Source: Eledone cirrhosa (lineage: Eukaryota). From it: a DNA stretch of 64,000 nucleotides. The stretch covers positions 237,212,001 to 237,276,000 of the forward strand of contig OZ024743.1 of NCBI GenBank assembly GCA_964016885.1. The letters are read 5' to 3'. Within the stretch, counting starts at the first letter, position 1; each line of letters begins with the position of its first letter. Made by a program: the position numbers and the translations under genes. The notes beneath the pieces were generated by a model. It did no database searches, had not been told where the DNA came from, and saw nothing but the letters and a program-made list of their open reading frames with translations. Below, piece by piece: positions 27,520 through 40,832 of the stretch.

Positions 27520-28172
27520 AATGTAATGAACTAAGTGAGAAATTAGGAATAAGAGGGATCAGATGCTGTTTACTTGAGAGAAGACTACGTTGGTATGGTC
27601 ACGTGATGCGCATGAAAGACGACAGCTGTACAAAAAAGTGCAGGGCGATCAAAATTGATGGAAGTTACGGAGTAGGTAGATCCAGAAAAACCTGGGATGA
27701 TTTGATAAATTCCGACCTTACACACTTGCACCTCTCTAAGACAATGTCACTGGACCGAGATCTTTGGCGAAGACCCGCCTTGCCAAGCACAAAGCGAAAC
27801 CTACAGTAAGTAGGCACCTCTTAACCAAATATACACCGCAATCCGCTACCCCTACCACCCTTTCTCTGTAAAGTTATATTGGTACCATAACATCCAGTCC
27901 AAACTAATGAGGTCGTGTAGGTGTCATGTCAAAAAACACACACTCCACGCTGTAATGTGGCCGTGTAGGTAACACGGTAAAAAGTTCCCATTTCCACACT
28001 GTAAATGTGGTTGGTGTTAGGAAGGGCATCCAGCCATGGAAAACGTACCAGATAGTCCTATATGAGCGAGACACGGTCACCCGACCAATCTTGCCTCAAG
28101 TGGGACAACTCCCGTCTAACCCATGCTAGCGTGGAAGATGGACGTTAAATAAAGATGATGGTGATGATGATG
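27520..28172 (+). mobile_element. RTE-clade LINE 3' fragment with (GAT)n tail
   Basis: RRLRWYGHVMRM..GRSRKTW; homologous to 59930-60618. Confidence 0.85.
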
Positions 28173-28194
28173 ATATATATATATATATATATGA

Positions 28195-29020
28195 ATGAAT
28201 GGCAGGATTCTTCACTTGCAAAGATCAGTAGGAAGCATTATTGTCCTGTTCCATGTGGTGGCACACCCCTGGACCTGCAGGCTCTGGTACAGTTTTGGCA
28301 AGTGTGTACTTGGTCAGTTGGTGGTTGGGTGGTGGACAGCTTTCTTCTTTGATGTTTCTGCCCTCCTCAAAGCTAGTTGCAGCTGTTTTGATGGTCACTC
28401 TCCATTTCCCTCTGTCTTCTGCCAGGTGTTCCCATTCCATGTGATTAATAATGATACCTTGGATCAGCTGGCACATGAGTTGGTCCTTGAAGCGTTTTCA
28501 GGGTTGGGGGCCCGGTTTCGCTTGCCTTGACGTAGTTTGCCGTAGAAAACTGCTTTTGGCATCCTAGAGTCGTTCATGCATGAGACTTAACCTGCCCAGC
28601 GGAGCTGTCTCAGCATCAACATGCTCTCAATGCTTGTGATATCGGCCCTCTTGTGAACTTCCTCATTTGAGAACTGCCAACGCATGCCAATGATGGAGCG
28701 GAGGCATCGCTGATTGAATCTTTCCAGTACAGGGCCCAGCTTTCAGCTTCATAAAGGAAGGTAGCGACTACAACAGATTTGTAGACTTTAATCTTTGTCG
28801 TGAGGCGTAGAGTGCTTCTGCCACACGCATTTCTGCAAACGTCCGAATGAGCTGCTGGCCTTGGCAATGTGGTTGTCAATGTCCTTTACTGAGGAAACAT
28901 TGTTGGTAATGACGCTTCCCAAGTAGGTGAAGTGCTCCACTGACCATCAGCCTCAAGAAAGTGGAAGTCATGTCCCAGAAGCCAACAAATGAAGAGTACC
29001 GCCCTCCTCAGATTAACATA
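28195..29020 (-). mobile_element. RTE/BovB-type LINE 3' fragment with an inverted 5' segment (28941-29020)
   Basis: Minus: VEHFTYLGS..TKIKVYKSVV..LRWAG..PKAVFYG..KRFKD; plus: LTISLKKVEVMSQ..PPQINI. Confidence 0.78.
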
Positions 29021-29582
29021 TATAAGAATTTGAAAAGCATCTGGCCATTATATTTTATTCACTGAAGGTCGTCTATTGAAATGGAACCAGCAGGAGGGCA
29101 CAAACCCTTTCTAAAACACTCCTTAAACACCCCCAACACCTCCCAACTCCACTCTCAATCAATTATGCTTTTACCATTCACTATTTTCTTTCTCCTCTTG
29201 TGTGTATATATATATATATATGTTTTAATTCCTTTAAATCTTCATCTACACTCCTTCACTCCCACACTCATTAACAATCCCTCCAGACACACCCAAATCT
29301 CTTATATATATAGTCACACATCACAACACAACCAGAGATCAGTTAGACAATCGACACCGACGAACGCGAGAAAGTTCTCCAGGAAAGTTAACCAGGAATC
29401 TTTTTAAAAATCTCCCCACAGAAGTTAACAAAGAACTTACTAGATCTACAAAACCAAATTGTAAAATTATAATATAATATAATATAATATATATGTACAT
29501 ATATAATGAAGGAAGTGTGTTAAGGAACCAGGTGGACCATAACGCACCAGAGTACTCAATACTTAGGGTAGTAGAGTGGGTA

Positions 29583-29647
29583 ATAGGAAAATGTTCAAGA
29601 CCCCCAACAGCAGAGCTCTGTCGTCGGGGTCTTGAACATTTTCCTAT
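29583..29647. repeat. Hairpin with a perfect 22-bp stem next to (TA)n
   Basis: ATAGGAAAATGTTCAAGACCCC ... GGGGTCTTGAACATTTTCCTAT. Confidence 0.85.
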
Positions 29648-29771
29648 ATATATATATATATATATATATATTTAATAAATATTTGCTCTACGGTTCTTTT
29701 ATATTTGATATATATTTATCCTTATCGAGCCGTCTTTGGATTTTAGTCTTCAAATTTACTATTATTATTAA

Positions 29772-29828
29772 AAATAAAGTACCAGTAATACACTGTGTTA
29801 TTGCTGGCCTTGTGCCAAAAGTAGAAAC

Positions 29829-29862
<34 letters not shown>
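29772..29862 (+). mobile_element. 3' end of a family A SINE with (ATT)n tail, the target of the LINE
   Basis: AAATAAAGTACCAGT..GCTGGCCTTGTGCCAAAAGTAGAAAC then (TTA)n. Confidence 0.75.
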
Positions 29863-30151
29863 GGCGACCTACGTAGTAAATCGTATCATCGTGAGCTCCG
29901 CAAAGGTTTGTTATTTCCGTTTGTTAAAAATTGCCATTTATGGAAAAATTTTATTGTTAACTATATATAAGCGCACATACATTGTTTTCCGAAAAGGACA
30001 CCCAAAAAGATTAGGGCCTTGTGCCCAAAATTTAAACTTTTATGATTATCAAAAAATTTCTTTGGAAAAGAAATGGCTAATTCACCTCTGCACCAAGCAG
30101 CTGAGAGCCTTCCTCACAAACTAACACCTCACACCGACACCACCATTGTAA

Positions 30152-32029
30152 ATGTTACTACGTTTGCCAACACTAAAAGAATATATAAGCAGTAGCAATA
30201 TTTTAAATTTGTCTCAGGCAGACATTCATTTCCCGCCATTACCAATGACTGCAGGTGTTAAAGCCACCACCCCCACCACCGCGACAACAGAAACAAAAGG
30301 AAAAAATAAATCAACTCGTGATGTCGAAATGTTTTCAACCAAAATGGACTCATCCACACCGAACACCACTGACGTCACCACCACCACAACTGAAACTAAA
30401 ATTAATAATAACAAAAATAACGATAACAACAACAGCAACAATGACATTAAAAAAACCACCCTGAGTTTTGCCAGAGTAGCAAAACAGTGCGAAGCATTTA
30501 CGGTAACTCAGGCGGAATTAGAAAATGCCAAAAAAATGGTAAAGAAAGATGGGTACAGGGTCAGCCTCACCCCCACCCCACCCCCCACCTAATAAAATGG
30601 AGCATCGGCGCCTATGCACCGTGTCGTATCGAACAATTAATGTAAAATCGCGCCGAGTGGAACGGGCATCCGAGTCCCAAATCCAAAAAGCTTTGGGATA
30701 TGTGTGGGCAAGAAAAACCCACATCAGACGTGGGCAGAAGTATGGAACCGTGGACGTGTTCTTTGAAACACCAGAGGAGGCTAGAAAACACTCCATGGCC
30801 CCATTAAGAAGTGACGACTTCACACTCGTCCCAAGCTATTGTGGCCAGAGACTCGTAAAGATCAGGGTGACCGGCCATCGAAATTAAATGGCTAATAGCG
30901 GCCGTCCTCGCCGGCATCGAAGCCAACACCAAGATAATAGCAATAGCAAAAGAAAAGCAGGAGAACTGGTCCGGATCTGGGATGGAGCTCCTGATCCAAG
31001 CGAACCAAAAAAGCATTGAGGAGATCCCAGAGGTAATAGACCTCACTGACGGCAGCCACCTCACCGTAATTGTCGAGGGCAGAAGGCCTAGGTGTGTCGT
31101 TTGTGGTGAAGGAACCCACCTAAGGGCTTTCTGCCCTCAGACTAAAAGGTTGAGGCCACCTCTCCTACCCACCCCAGTGACTCAACCATCAACACCACCA
31201 GCAGCAGAAATAGCAGGAACAACTGTAGCAGCAATAACTGTAGCAGCAACAACAGAAGCAACTATAACAGCAACAACCCCAGCAACAGTAGCAAAACCAA
31301 CACCACCACCACCAGCAAAACCAACACCACCACCACCCAACGCTTCAGAACTAGCACCAGCGCCTACACCATCCACCACGCCACAACCAAAACTAACGCC
31401 TGTGGAGGATTTTCCACTCCCCGGCCTATCACAACTGGAGACAGATTGTGACGACGAGGAGTGGGAAACGGTATCAGGAAAAAAAAGAAACCAATAAAGA
31501 AAAAATTCTCTTCCTTCCCCCTCCAAAAACAAAATACAGAGGGAAACAAATAAATTAACAAACAAAAAGGTTAGGACAGATATGCCACCATCCACACCAG
31601 CATCACCAACCCCATCACCAACACCATCACCATCATTAACTCCAACACCACCATCACCTACACCACAAAAGTCACCAAAATGCGAAACAAACAAACCCAC
31701 AACAAATGCAAACAAAACAAAACAACCAAAACGATACACACTACACAGCATTAAATTTGAACAACAACCAATTATTACACTACATCCAACACAACACCAG
31801 CATCACAGAAAAAGACTACACAACCCAAAAATTCACACCGCCTCCACACATACAAATCACTCGCATCACACAGAAAACGTACATGACACTAAAACAAAAA
31901 TTCCCCAAAGACATCGGAGACTTCCGACAAGCACTCTCCAGGAGGATTTATAAGGACATCCTTCCTGAGGAGGCCACAAGCAGTGAAAAGGATGGAAAAA
32001 CCGTCCTTCCTTTACGAGAAGTAAGGTAA
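30152..32029 (+). pseudogene. ORF1 variant, several frameshifts
   Basis: SFARVAK, CTVSYRTINVKSRRVERASESQIQKALG, CVVCGEGTHLRAFC knuckle, ends LPLREVR*; split over five ORFs. Confidence 0.85.
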
Positions 32030-32063
32030 GTGGTCTTTCCCATCTTTTCCACTCCTTTTCAAC

Positions 32064-35000
32064 ATGACCTCACTCAGAATAGGCAGCATAAATGCGCGTG
32101 GCTTGGGGTCGTCATGGAAGCAGGGCCACCTGCTCAACGACCTCAGGTCACTAAACATAGATGTAGTGGCCATCAGCGAGACCAGAATCTCCGAAGCACG
32201 GGCCTTCGCACCGATCTTCGGCGGCTACGATGTGTACGCATCTCCCAGCCGTCCTGGATCGGGTGGAGGAGTTGCTGTGCTTTTTCGGAGAGGTTTGGAT
32301 CTCGCCATACGGGCCATCTTCCTGGACCCAGAGGGTAAGCTGGTGGTGCTGGACGTGACCAGCGGAGACGGGCAAGGTTTCAGGCTAGTGGCCGTCTATG
32401 CCCCGACAGGAGCAGGGCGGCCTGATTTCTTCCGGCGTCTGGAGACCTTTCTTGGAACGTCCCGCTCTTTAGTGTTAGTGGGCGACTGGAACGGGATCTT
32501 AGATGCACGCTGGGACTGTGTGGGATTAGCGGATAGGGGTGGAGGGTGCAAGAGCCTCACCAACCTGCTCAGGCGTTTTGAACTGTCTGACAGGTACCGA
32601 TTGGATTTCCCGAATGTGCCAATGTGGACTTGGACAAATCGCATGGGGTCATCCAGATCATATCTAGATAGAGTATTTTGTAGGGAAATAGATAGGTCTA
32701 GCATAGGCTGTCCACAATTCAAGATAGTCAGCTACACGGACCACAAATTCGTGATCTGTGTGCTTGACTTAGATAGGCTTCATAGACGAGGACCCGGCTA
32801 CTGGAAGCTAAACGCGTCCTTACCAGCGCGCAAGGCCTACAGAGACCGGATTAGCGAACTAGTTAAGCGGGCGTTGACGGGGGCCATCGTCAACAACAAG
32901 TGGTGGTTTGCTCTGAAAAGAGCGATTAGAATAGAATCGATTAGGTTTAGTAAGGTTTTAGCAATAGAGAAAAATAGAGCAGAGGGAGAACTAGTTAGAA
33001 AATTAGACGAGGCGCTTAGCAAAGGCATTGCGACCGACGTGCTTGCGGCGAAATTGGCCCTTGACCAATTCTTCAATGCAAAGCACGAAGGCTGCGTTGT
33101 CAGAGCAAGGGTGCGTGCTCTCAGACACGAGGGGACGAAAGCCGTTCAATGGGCCCGAGTGGCGGAGGCGCGTCGTGGCAACAAATCCGGTCTTTGGTGG
33201 ACCACGACGGGCGCATGCTACTCGATCCCGGGCAAATGTGTGAAGCTTTTCAGCGACACTTCGCTCAGCTGTTCGGGGGCAGCGGTGGACCGGGTAGAGG
33301 GATGGACTTTAGTGTCTACCTCGACGGACTGCCGCGGCTCTCGGCCACTGAGGCGAGGTGTTGCGAAAAGCCGATAACAGCCGCTGAAGTAAGGGAGGCA
33401 ATGACTGGCTGCACAAGGGGTAAATCGCCTGGTTTGGATGGTCTTCCCTATGAACTTTACGTACAGATGCCAGACTTGTTCGGAGGCCTCTTGGCGGACG
33501 TCTACTGCAACTGGCAACAGAACGGGAGAATTCCCAGTTCTGTGAGCCGAGGAGCGGTGGCACTGCTGAGAAAGGATCCGAACAAGGGGGATAACATAGA
33601 TAATTTCCGGCCCATAACTCTGCTAAACACAGAGTTCAAGATTTTGGCCAAGGTGCTAGCAAAGAGGTTGGCGCTTGTCGTTGGTGGTCTGGTGGGAGAG
33701 GCGCAAGCATGCGCCATTCCCGACAGATCCATCCACGACAACCTCCACCTCATGCGATACATCATAGAGAGGGTAGCTAAGGAACCTGGCACGGGTGGGT
33801 CCTTGATCAATTTAGATCAGTCGAAAGCTTTCGATAGGGTCGACCATCGTTACCTAGCGGCAGTCCTGAGGGCGGCTGGTTTTGGGCCCGTCTTCAGAGG
33901 CTGGATCGCTGCCATGCACAGCGACATCTGCTCTGTGGTGAGAGTGAACGGTCACCTGTCGGAACCGTTCAACATCATGCGCTCGGTCCGCCAAGGATGT
34001 CCCCTCTCGTCCCTCTTGTACGTATTGACTCTCGAGCCATTACTGCACAAACTGGAGACGTTGAGGGGAGTCCCGCGCGAACTAGGATGCGGAAGATCCG
34101 TGTCAGCATATGCGGACGATGTCACCGTAGTGGTGTCGAACGCCAAACACATCGATGCGATCGGCACTACACTAAGAGAATACGAAGCGGTGACAGGAGC
34201 AATGATCAACCAGGAAAAGTCAGTGGGCCTGCAGCTCAGCACCTGGAGAGGCTGGTCCATGCCATCCAACAGCGTCGTCGGGCGCTGGACGGACGGACCG
34301 GTTAAATTGCTAGGGGTCTGGTTCGGTCCGGACCTCCAGACGGACAAAAACTGGGACGAGGTGACGAGCAGGGTGGCTTCTCTCACCCAGAAATGGGCGG
34401 AGAGGAAGCTATCCCTGAAAGGTCGAGCGGAGGTGGCTAACGCGTACATCGCGTCTGTCATCTGCTACCGCCTGACCGTCGTACCTTGTCCTAAGCCTCG
34501 CCTGACTGCGCTGGAGCGTTTGCTCTTTCGCTTTTTGTGGAAGGGACGTGCTCCGATGGTCAGGCGGTCCATCTGTTTGCAACACCCGCTACGTGGAGGG
34601 CTGGGCATGCCGTGGCTGATGATGCGCAGGCACGCGCTCAGGCTACGACATCTCCACCTCTTCCTCGACGGTGATCAGGTGTGGTCGCCGTTTGCTAGAC
34701 ACGTATTTCCCCAGCTCGTTTCCTTGACGGAGCTGCAGTCCTGGGTCAAGCGAAGACCGAGAGGGAGCGCCTGGAGACTGGAATGTCTTCAGGCGCTCAC
34801 AGCCCTCGACCAATCGGGCAATGTGATCGGTGGAAACTCCACCTCGGCGTTCTATAGAGGATTAGTGGAGGGGAAGAGCGACGACGTACTTGGGGAAACT
34901 CTAGGCGTTGACGAAAATCAACTAGCCAATCTCTTCGGAAGAACTTTCGGGCCAGGGCAACTTTCGGCCTATGGACAACTTCCAGAAATCTCTGGCCTGG

Positions 35001-35486
35001 CAGTGCTACCGAGGAGCCTTGCCAGTTCGGGATAAACTCTACAGGCATGGAGGTGCCGTCAGCCGGGCATGTCCGAGATGCGCGCAGGGCGTTGAAACCG
35101 TCCTGCACGCACTCGTCCAGTGTCCGAAAATTGCTGACTTGTGGGTTTATGTCGAACACCTGCTGTCGCGTTTAGGACGGATCCGGCTATCATCTGAGTC
35201 CATCGTGAGGATTGCCCCGCCCTCCTCCTTTAGCCGGGAAGGGCAGGCAGTTTTTATCTGTCTGGTGGCCATGGCGAAAGAGATAGTATGGTGGACACGT
35301 TTGAAAGGGCTGAAGACGAGCACTTACCTCTTCGGTGATGCTCTGATTGACTTTTTCAAATTTCATTTGAAAAGGAAAATCAGAGTAGAGAAGGAAGTGC
35401 TCTCTTCCCAGCATTTTGTTGAAAGATGGGTGAGAGAAGCAAGAATGGCCCGAGTGAATGGGCCGACTCTGAGTATATATCTGTAA
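32064..35486 (+). pseudogene. ORF2 (APE-RT) with two frameshifts
   Basis: 7-nt deletion near 33185 and ~10-nt duplication (AACTTTCGG) near 34960 relative to the intact copy. Confidence 0.92.
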
Positions 35487-35754
35487 ACTAAAGGTGGAAA
35501 ACTGGGAGAGGGCACTTGCCTTGGTGGTCAGGGTCATTGTGGCTTTTTACTGGGCTTTCACCACAAATGTCCCTCCGAAGTCTCCCCCCTATTGGGGAAT
35601 TTTTCATTGTTATTTTCATTGTTATTTTTGTTACATCCTCTGTTTTTGTTTTTTACACGCAGAAATGCCCATTTGTACCGTCCTGCATTGTCCTGCACTG
35701 TCCTTAATGTCTACTTTATGTAAACCCTTGTGGTTAATAAAGAAATCATTATTA

Positions 35755-35793
<39 letters not shown>

Positions 35794-35802
35794 ATATATA
35801 TA

Positions 35803-36141
35803 TGGAGGTACATGGCTTAGTGGTTAGAGCATTGGCCTTGCAATCGAAAGGTTGTGAGTTCAATTCTCAGACTGGGTAATGTGTTATTTCCTTGAGCAAG
35901 ACACTTTATTTCACATTACTCCAGTTTACTCAGCTGTTGAAATGAGATGATAGGCACTGGGGTCCATATCATTCCACTGCAAAGTGGTCGTGGAGGTGCC
36001 ACGGCAAAAAAGCACCCAGCACTCACTGTAAATGAGGTTGGTATTAGGAAGGGCATCCAGCTGTAGAAATCAAGCCAGAATCAGTTCCCGTCCCACTCTT
36101 GCAAGCAGGGAAAAGCGGACGTAAAATGATGATGATGATGA

Positions 36142-36145
<4 letters not shown>
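35803..36145 (+). mobile_element. tRNA-derived SINE (family B head) with RTE-type 3' tail and (GAT)n
   Basis: A-box TGGCTTAGTGG, B-box GTTCAATTC; tail GTTGGTATTAGGAAGGGCATCCAGC..GGACGTAAAATGATGAT shared with the RTE at 60450-60618. Confidence 0.8.
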
Positions 36146-36180
<35 letters not shown>

Positions 36181-36196
36181 AGCGTATATATATATA

Positions 36197-36500
36197 CCAT
36201 CATCATCAACATCTATTTTCCACGCTAGTATGGGTTAGACGAGGGGTCCCGTTTGTAGCAAGTCAGGTCAAGTGAACATGTCTTTCACACACAGAACTGT
36301 TTCTGTCTTGGTTTCTATGGCTGGATGCCCTTCCTAACACCAACCACTTTACAGTGCGGACTGGGGACTTTTTGACTTGACACCTACACAACCACTTTAC
36401 AATGTGGAATGGGTGCTTTTTGTTGTGACACCTACACAACCACTTTACAGAGTGGATTGGGTGCTTTCTGTTGTGATACCAGCATGACAACTTACAGTGT
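36197..36500 (-). mobile_element. RTE-type 3'UTR fragment with ~43-bp internal repeats
   Basis: GGCTGGATGCCCTTCCTAACACCAACC, (CAT)n tail, repeated CAACCACTTTACA. Confidence 0.7.
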
Positions 36501-36634
36501 AAGGGTGGTGTGATCGGATGTAGGTGGGGTGTTAGGCTCTGGGATGTGTATGGAAGGGGTGGAAGATAGTGGTTAAGAAGTGTTTACTAGATGTATGTTT
36601 CAGTCCATGGATCTAGGTTACCTGGAACTATCCA

Positions 36635-36665
<31 letters not shown>

Positions 36666-37310
36666 CTCTGGTACTAAATACCCAGGTACCAACATTAACC
36701 AGCCCAACAATAGTGCAGTCTTTTCTCCTTCTAACTGTCACATCATGGGAGTTCTGTTAGAGCAAGGGTGGGATGGTCAAAAGAATGTCTATTTCTGGTA
36801 GGAGGGAGGAAGGTCAATATCCCCAAATAAAGGCTGTCTGGTTACTTGCAACAGGGTGGATTCTCTTAACCCTCCACATTTCTAATGAAATGCACTCTTT
36901 TTTAATTAATTAATGAAGAGTTTTGAGGGCTTTACTAAAATTATTAATTATTTCATTACTAAGATGTAAGGTTACATCTTACATTACTTAATGTAAGGTT
37001 CTTATATAAAATTATGTTGGAAGATTTGAATTTTAATTGGAAACTTTTAAAATGGGTTGTTTTATTTCATAGAACCAGAGCTGGTTTGGCTGGGTTAGTA
37101 ACTAAAGGGTTAAAGGCACTCAATCAAGGACCAGGTGGTAGTACTGTTAAACTGGGCGACAGATTAGATTTATTACACAAGTTGACCATAGCAAGATTTG
37201 GACTAAGATTACAAAGAAAAGAACCAAATTAATGCCAATAAACATCTTTTTTATCTTGTAATAATTCTCTTAATCTGCCTGGACTGGTACCTTATTTTAT
37301 TGATCCTTAA

Positions 37311-37527
37311 CCCTTTAGCACATTACTCTGTACTTACTATTGCATTTTCACAGAAAAGGCTTTACCTCTAATAATTATCTAACATAATATCGAATCTATG
37401 AGATTTTGATATTATTTATTTTGAGAACAATACATTGACATAAGTATGAGTGGCTGGTTACAGCTGCTTTGAACAGAAAGCGGTGAGAGAATTCTGGCTG
37501 GATATGGCCGGTTTAAATGCTAAAGGG
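37311..37527. mobile_element. piggyBac-type MITE with TTAA TSD
   Basis: TTAA-CCCTTTAGCA ... TGCTAAAGGG-TTAA; second copy 52582-52802, third ~55548-56325. Confidence 0.8.
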
Positions 37528-37779
37528 TTAAAGAAAGGTGATGAATTGGTCGAGTTGTTAGAACGTTGGCTAGAATACTTTGTGGTATTCATTCTGCCTC
37601 ACTGCTCTCTCAATTCAAATCTTACCGAGGTCAACTTTGCCTTTCATTCAAAGTCAATAAAAAAAGTACCAGTCAAGTACTTTTTCTTGCTTCTTTTCAC
37701 TCTCTATCCACCCTTCTCTGGAAGTAATCTGCTGTATTCAAACCTGGAGTAAAATGCCCTTGAAAGACTGTATGTCAAT

Positions 37780-37917
37780 AGGGTGCCCCTGCAACTCCCT
37801 TGGGAGTTATGGGACCCAATATGTCAATAGGGTGCCCCTGTAACTCCCTCAGAAGTTATGGGACCCAGTAGATCAATAGGGTTCCCCCTGCAACTCCCTC
37901 CTTCAGGAGTTATGGAC
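37780..37917. repeat. ~48-bp repeat x3
   Basis: TCAATAGGGT(G/T)CCCCTG(C/T)AACTCCCT..GAGTTATGG. Confidence 0.8.
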
Positions 37918-38543
37918 CATGCAAGGAATGAGAGACAAAGTTAACCTCAGTGCAATTTGAACTCAGAGTGCAGAAAGCTGGAATAAATACCACAATGAAT
38001 TTTGTCCTACATTCTAACATCTCTGTGAAGCTACGTAATGTATTTCTTTTTGTCTCCTTCTCCTCCTCCTCTCATTTATTCTTGAGAGGGTCGTGGGATC
38101 AGAGTCCTTAAACACTCCCTCCAGTGGGTCCTGTCAGAAACTACCATGTCCAACTGATCCAGATGGATCCCCAAGCAAGACTAGCCAAGTTCAAGGATGT
38201 TATTCAACCATTTTGCTCATGGTCTACCCCTGGGTCTCCTGCTGGCTGGTTTTGCCCATAAAATCTGTGTTTGTACTTTGAAAGAAAATAGTTGAGAAAG
38301 ACAGGTTTTCTATGTAGCAGAAGCTGTTGTTGTTTAGATCCTGCTCAGGCCAGATCCAGCTGGCAGCAGACCTATCATAGACACTCCAATCATAACCATC
38401 TAGTCGTACTTTCAAATACAGTGTATCTTGGACTGCATTATCAAATGTGTCTTACCTTTTTTGTAAATGTTGGGTTGACTTAACCCTTTGGATACTAAAC
38501 TACCAGAAGCAGGGACATGTAGAAAGCTAGTTTTTCATCGTCA

Positions 38544-39433
38544 CTAACACACATAGTAGCATTGAATCAGAGGGACTCTCATGGACATTATCCGATCATT
38601 GAATCCACAAGGAAGATTTTCCAGCTTTGAGACAATTCCATTCCTGACAGCAAATGAGAATTGACCCTCACCTGCCAATCTCATTTCTGAAAGTGCAACG
38701 ATGTCCATGTTATAGCAATTGAGTTCCCTTGACACCAAAGTAGATCTTTCAGGATGAGTTTCACTGGATTGGGAATCAAGTAAACTTCTTACATTCCAGC
38801 ACCCAATATTCATAGATTTGAACCTCTTTGCAGTTGTAGGATAATGACTGGGCCCACACTGCAATGTCATGGGACACCTGCCAACCCAGACAACTTCACA
38901 ATAAGTTCCAGAGCCCTTACTGCCATTAACTTCAAGGTCATTATAGAATTTAATGCAGCCAGCCACACAAACCTGTAACAGATCCTGAACAAGCAATGCC
39001 TATGCTTTGAAGATTTTTTAAGTGGGGAAAGGCCTTGTACTCAACCAATCCCACTCTCTGAGCATCGAAAACACTACCCGGAAAGGAAAACTGGTCAACA
39101 TCATCGGATGCTTCCAAAGCTGCAGGTTTTTTTTTCTTTTCCAAGTTTCCCTCTCCTAGAAAGGTGTTGTGACAACAACTGGGGGCCTTTCACACCCAGC
39201 TGAAAAGTGAAAAAAATAAATAAATAAAAAAGTACTATTTGGATGGCCGTTGACTCTGTTACGTTCCCCCCGCCCTTTGCCGGGTCTTGTATTTCATCCC
39301 ACAGGGTGTCCAAATATCACCCTCCACACCAAGCAGGCTTGGTGGGGTTGATGGTTTAGTCCCTGATGACCCAAGCATAAGACAGGTTGTATTGGGTTAC
39401 ATGTTACCAGTAGCACTCAAGACCGACCGAGAG
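38544..39433 (-). mobile_element. 5' end of an RTE/BovB-type LINE (5'UTR + endonuclease N-terminus)
   Basis: MNIGCWNVRSLLD..PER..LVSREL..DIVALSEMRLAGEGQ..NDRIMSMRVPL; begins at (TATG)n. Confidence 0.8.
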
Positions 39434-40678
39434 CATACATACATACATACATACATACATACATACATACATACATACATACATACATGCATGCATGCAT
39501 GCATGCATGCATACATACATACATACATACATACATACATACATACATACATACATACATACATACATACATACATACGCACACACATACATACATACAT
39601 ACACACACAGACTGGGTCCACTTTCGTCTTCCCTCTAATATATTTGTAATGGTGAGTTCATTCGTTTCTTTCTCTATCTTTCTTTATTTTAACAAGATAA
39701 ATTAATTCCTGGCAGATTTGTTGTAGTAAAACTAAGAAATAAATAATAAAAAAGGAGACCAGTATGTCTATCTCACTTATTTCCTCCCTTAGCGCCCAAG
39801 GGTTGACAATTCCGCCATTTCCCTAGCTCTGTCAACAACAAAAATCCTTTCTTAGGAATCGCTGACAATTTCAGAGCTGACTGCTTTCTTTGCAGTGTCC
39901 AAAATTATTCATAGTTTGTGAATGATTTAAAGTCTCTTATTAAACGATATGACGAGAGAAAAAGACTGTTTCCCTTTACCAAACAACGATCGATAGTGCT
40001 AAAGCTTGTAAGTAAAGATTCCTTTCGTTATTCATAAAACATATACTATATATAATTAATTTGATGTATTATATATACACACATATATATTGAATTATAT
40101 ATAATTATATAGTGTTTGTCAGAGAATTAGAGAGAGTAAGAGCGAGTGAGTGAGTGCGTGAGAGACAGTGAGATAGGAGGGGATGGGAGGGGGATAATAT
40201 CTGGGATTGAAAGAAAGAGAAAGTCTTTATGTTTTCGTTCGATTTTATTTTTATTTTTATCTCATCTATAATTCAGTGAACGATATTTCATCTTCACACC
40301 ATCATCACCATACTATATAACATCATAACAAGATTATAACATATCTAAATTACATACACGTATCATACACACACACACATATATATATATGTGTGTGCTA
40401 TAATTTATATTGTATTATGTATATGTGTGTGTGCTATGGTGCGTGCTATACACGTGATGACAGATTTGGTCTATTTGTGTCTGACTTATTTCACAAGGTC
40501 CGGTTTTGTATAGCTTCATAAATTGTCTATTGTGTAAACAACTACACATATATTCATTCACTAACACACACACATATAATATATAGATATATAAATATAT
40601 ATATATACACACACATATATATATATATATTTATGTGTATATATTTCGAACCCTTTTTTTTATTATCATTTTCCTTAT

Positions 40679-40727
<49 letters not shown>

Positions 40728-40765
40728 AACAATATATATATATATCCCAACAAATTAAATATAAC

Positions 40766-40832
<67 letters not shown>

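Larger units (their letters stand above)
29863..35747 (+). mobile_element. Full-length Tx1/L1-type LINE with a divergent 5'UTR/ORF1 and near-identical ORF2/3'UTR
   Basis: 32025-35747 aligns almost exactly to 962-4684 reversed; (ATT)n at both ends (29831-29862, 35748-35792). Confidence 0.93.

Noticed and set aside
35803-35875. tRNA gene
   Set aside because: A/B boxes present but no complete cloverleaf; it continues into a SINE body.
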